Positions 63,666 to 64,000 of a stretch of 64,000 nucleotides of DNA are shown here, one piece after another; position 1 is the first letter of the stretch; each line of letters opens with the position of its first letter. The notes under the pieces are model-generated. The model worked only from the letters and a program-made list of their open reading frames with translations, was not told where the DNA came from and made no database searches. Source of the stretch: Tubiluchus corallicola (Eukaryota; Animalia; Priapulida); contig JAQGDQ010000536.1 in assembly GCA_030141605.1 (NCBI GenBank), positions 57,961-121,960 of the forward strand, written 5' to 3'. The position numbers and the translations under genes were made by a program.

Positions 63666-64000
63666 ATTCGATTTCTGCTGCCATCTTGCACAAAAATTTA
63701 TTCGCCAGTTGCTATTTACAATGGCGCGTCCATTGTTCTTGGCGCTATTTATCATTGTTTTCTTTCTTGTGATTCTATCTAAAACATCACTACTGTATTA
63801 GATCTGTTTTTATAGCATAATTATATCTGACCAACGTACAATTGCAGTATATTATAAAATTTAATATTAGAATAAGGGCAACATATACAGGTCAGTATGC
63901 CCTCGCTTATGGCATTCTTTTGTTATACCATGACGTAGCACTTTTGCACTGTACTGTGCTTTTGTGCACAATAAAGCGATTCTTATTCTTATTTTTACAG

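Overview
AT-rich, repeat-dense eukaryotic (invertebrate metazoan-like) genomic DNA; no prokaryotic features. The main feature is a minus-strand multi-exon M1-family (aminopeptidase N-like) zinc aminopeptidase gene. I assembled it by hand from 44895 to 8957: 17 exon positions with GT-AG boundaries, consistent phases and about 753 aa. Its 5' exon(s) were not found in the window. The exon running from the GXMEN motif to the HEXXH zinc motif is present twice (37683-37837 and 35804-35958). Both copies are 155 nt, phase 1 in and phase 0 out, and intact but strongly diverged, which is the signature of mutually exclusive exons that swap the active site. An intronless, C-terminally truncated alpha-1,3-fucosyltransferase (GT10) ORF is nested on the same strand in the last intron. 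The left end holds the last two exons of a cytosolic sulfotransferase (+) and a broken class A GPCR fragment. Introns and the right third contain TTAA (Kolobok-type), Tc1/pogo, hAT and Harbinger-type MITEs, a solo LTR, LINE and integrase remnants, tRNA-derived repeats, Penelope-type hammerhead ribozyme motifs, and many mini- and microsatellites. Several of these satellites start exactly at splice signals or inside TE remnants.
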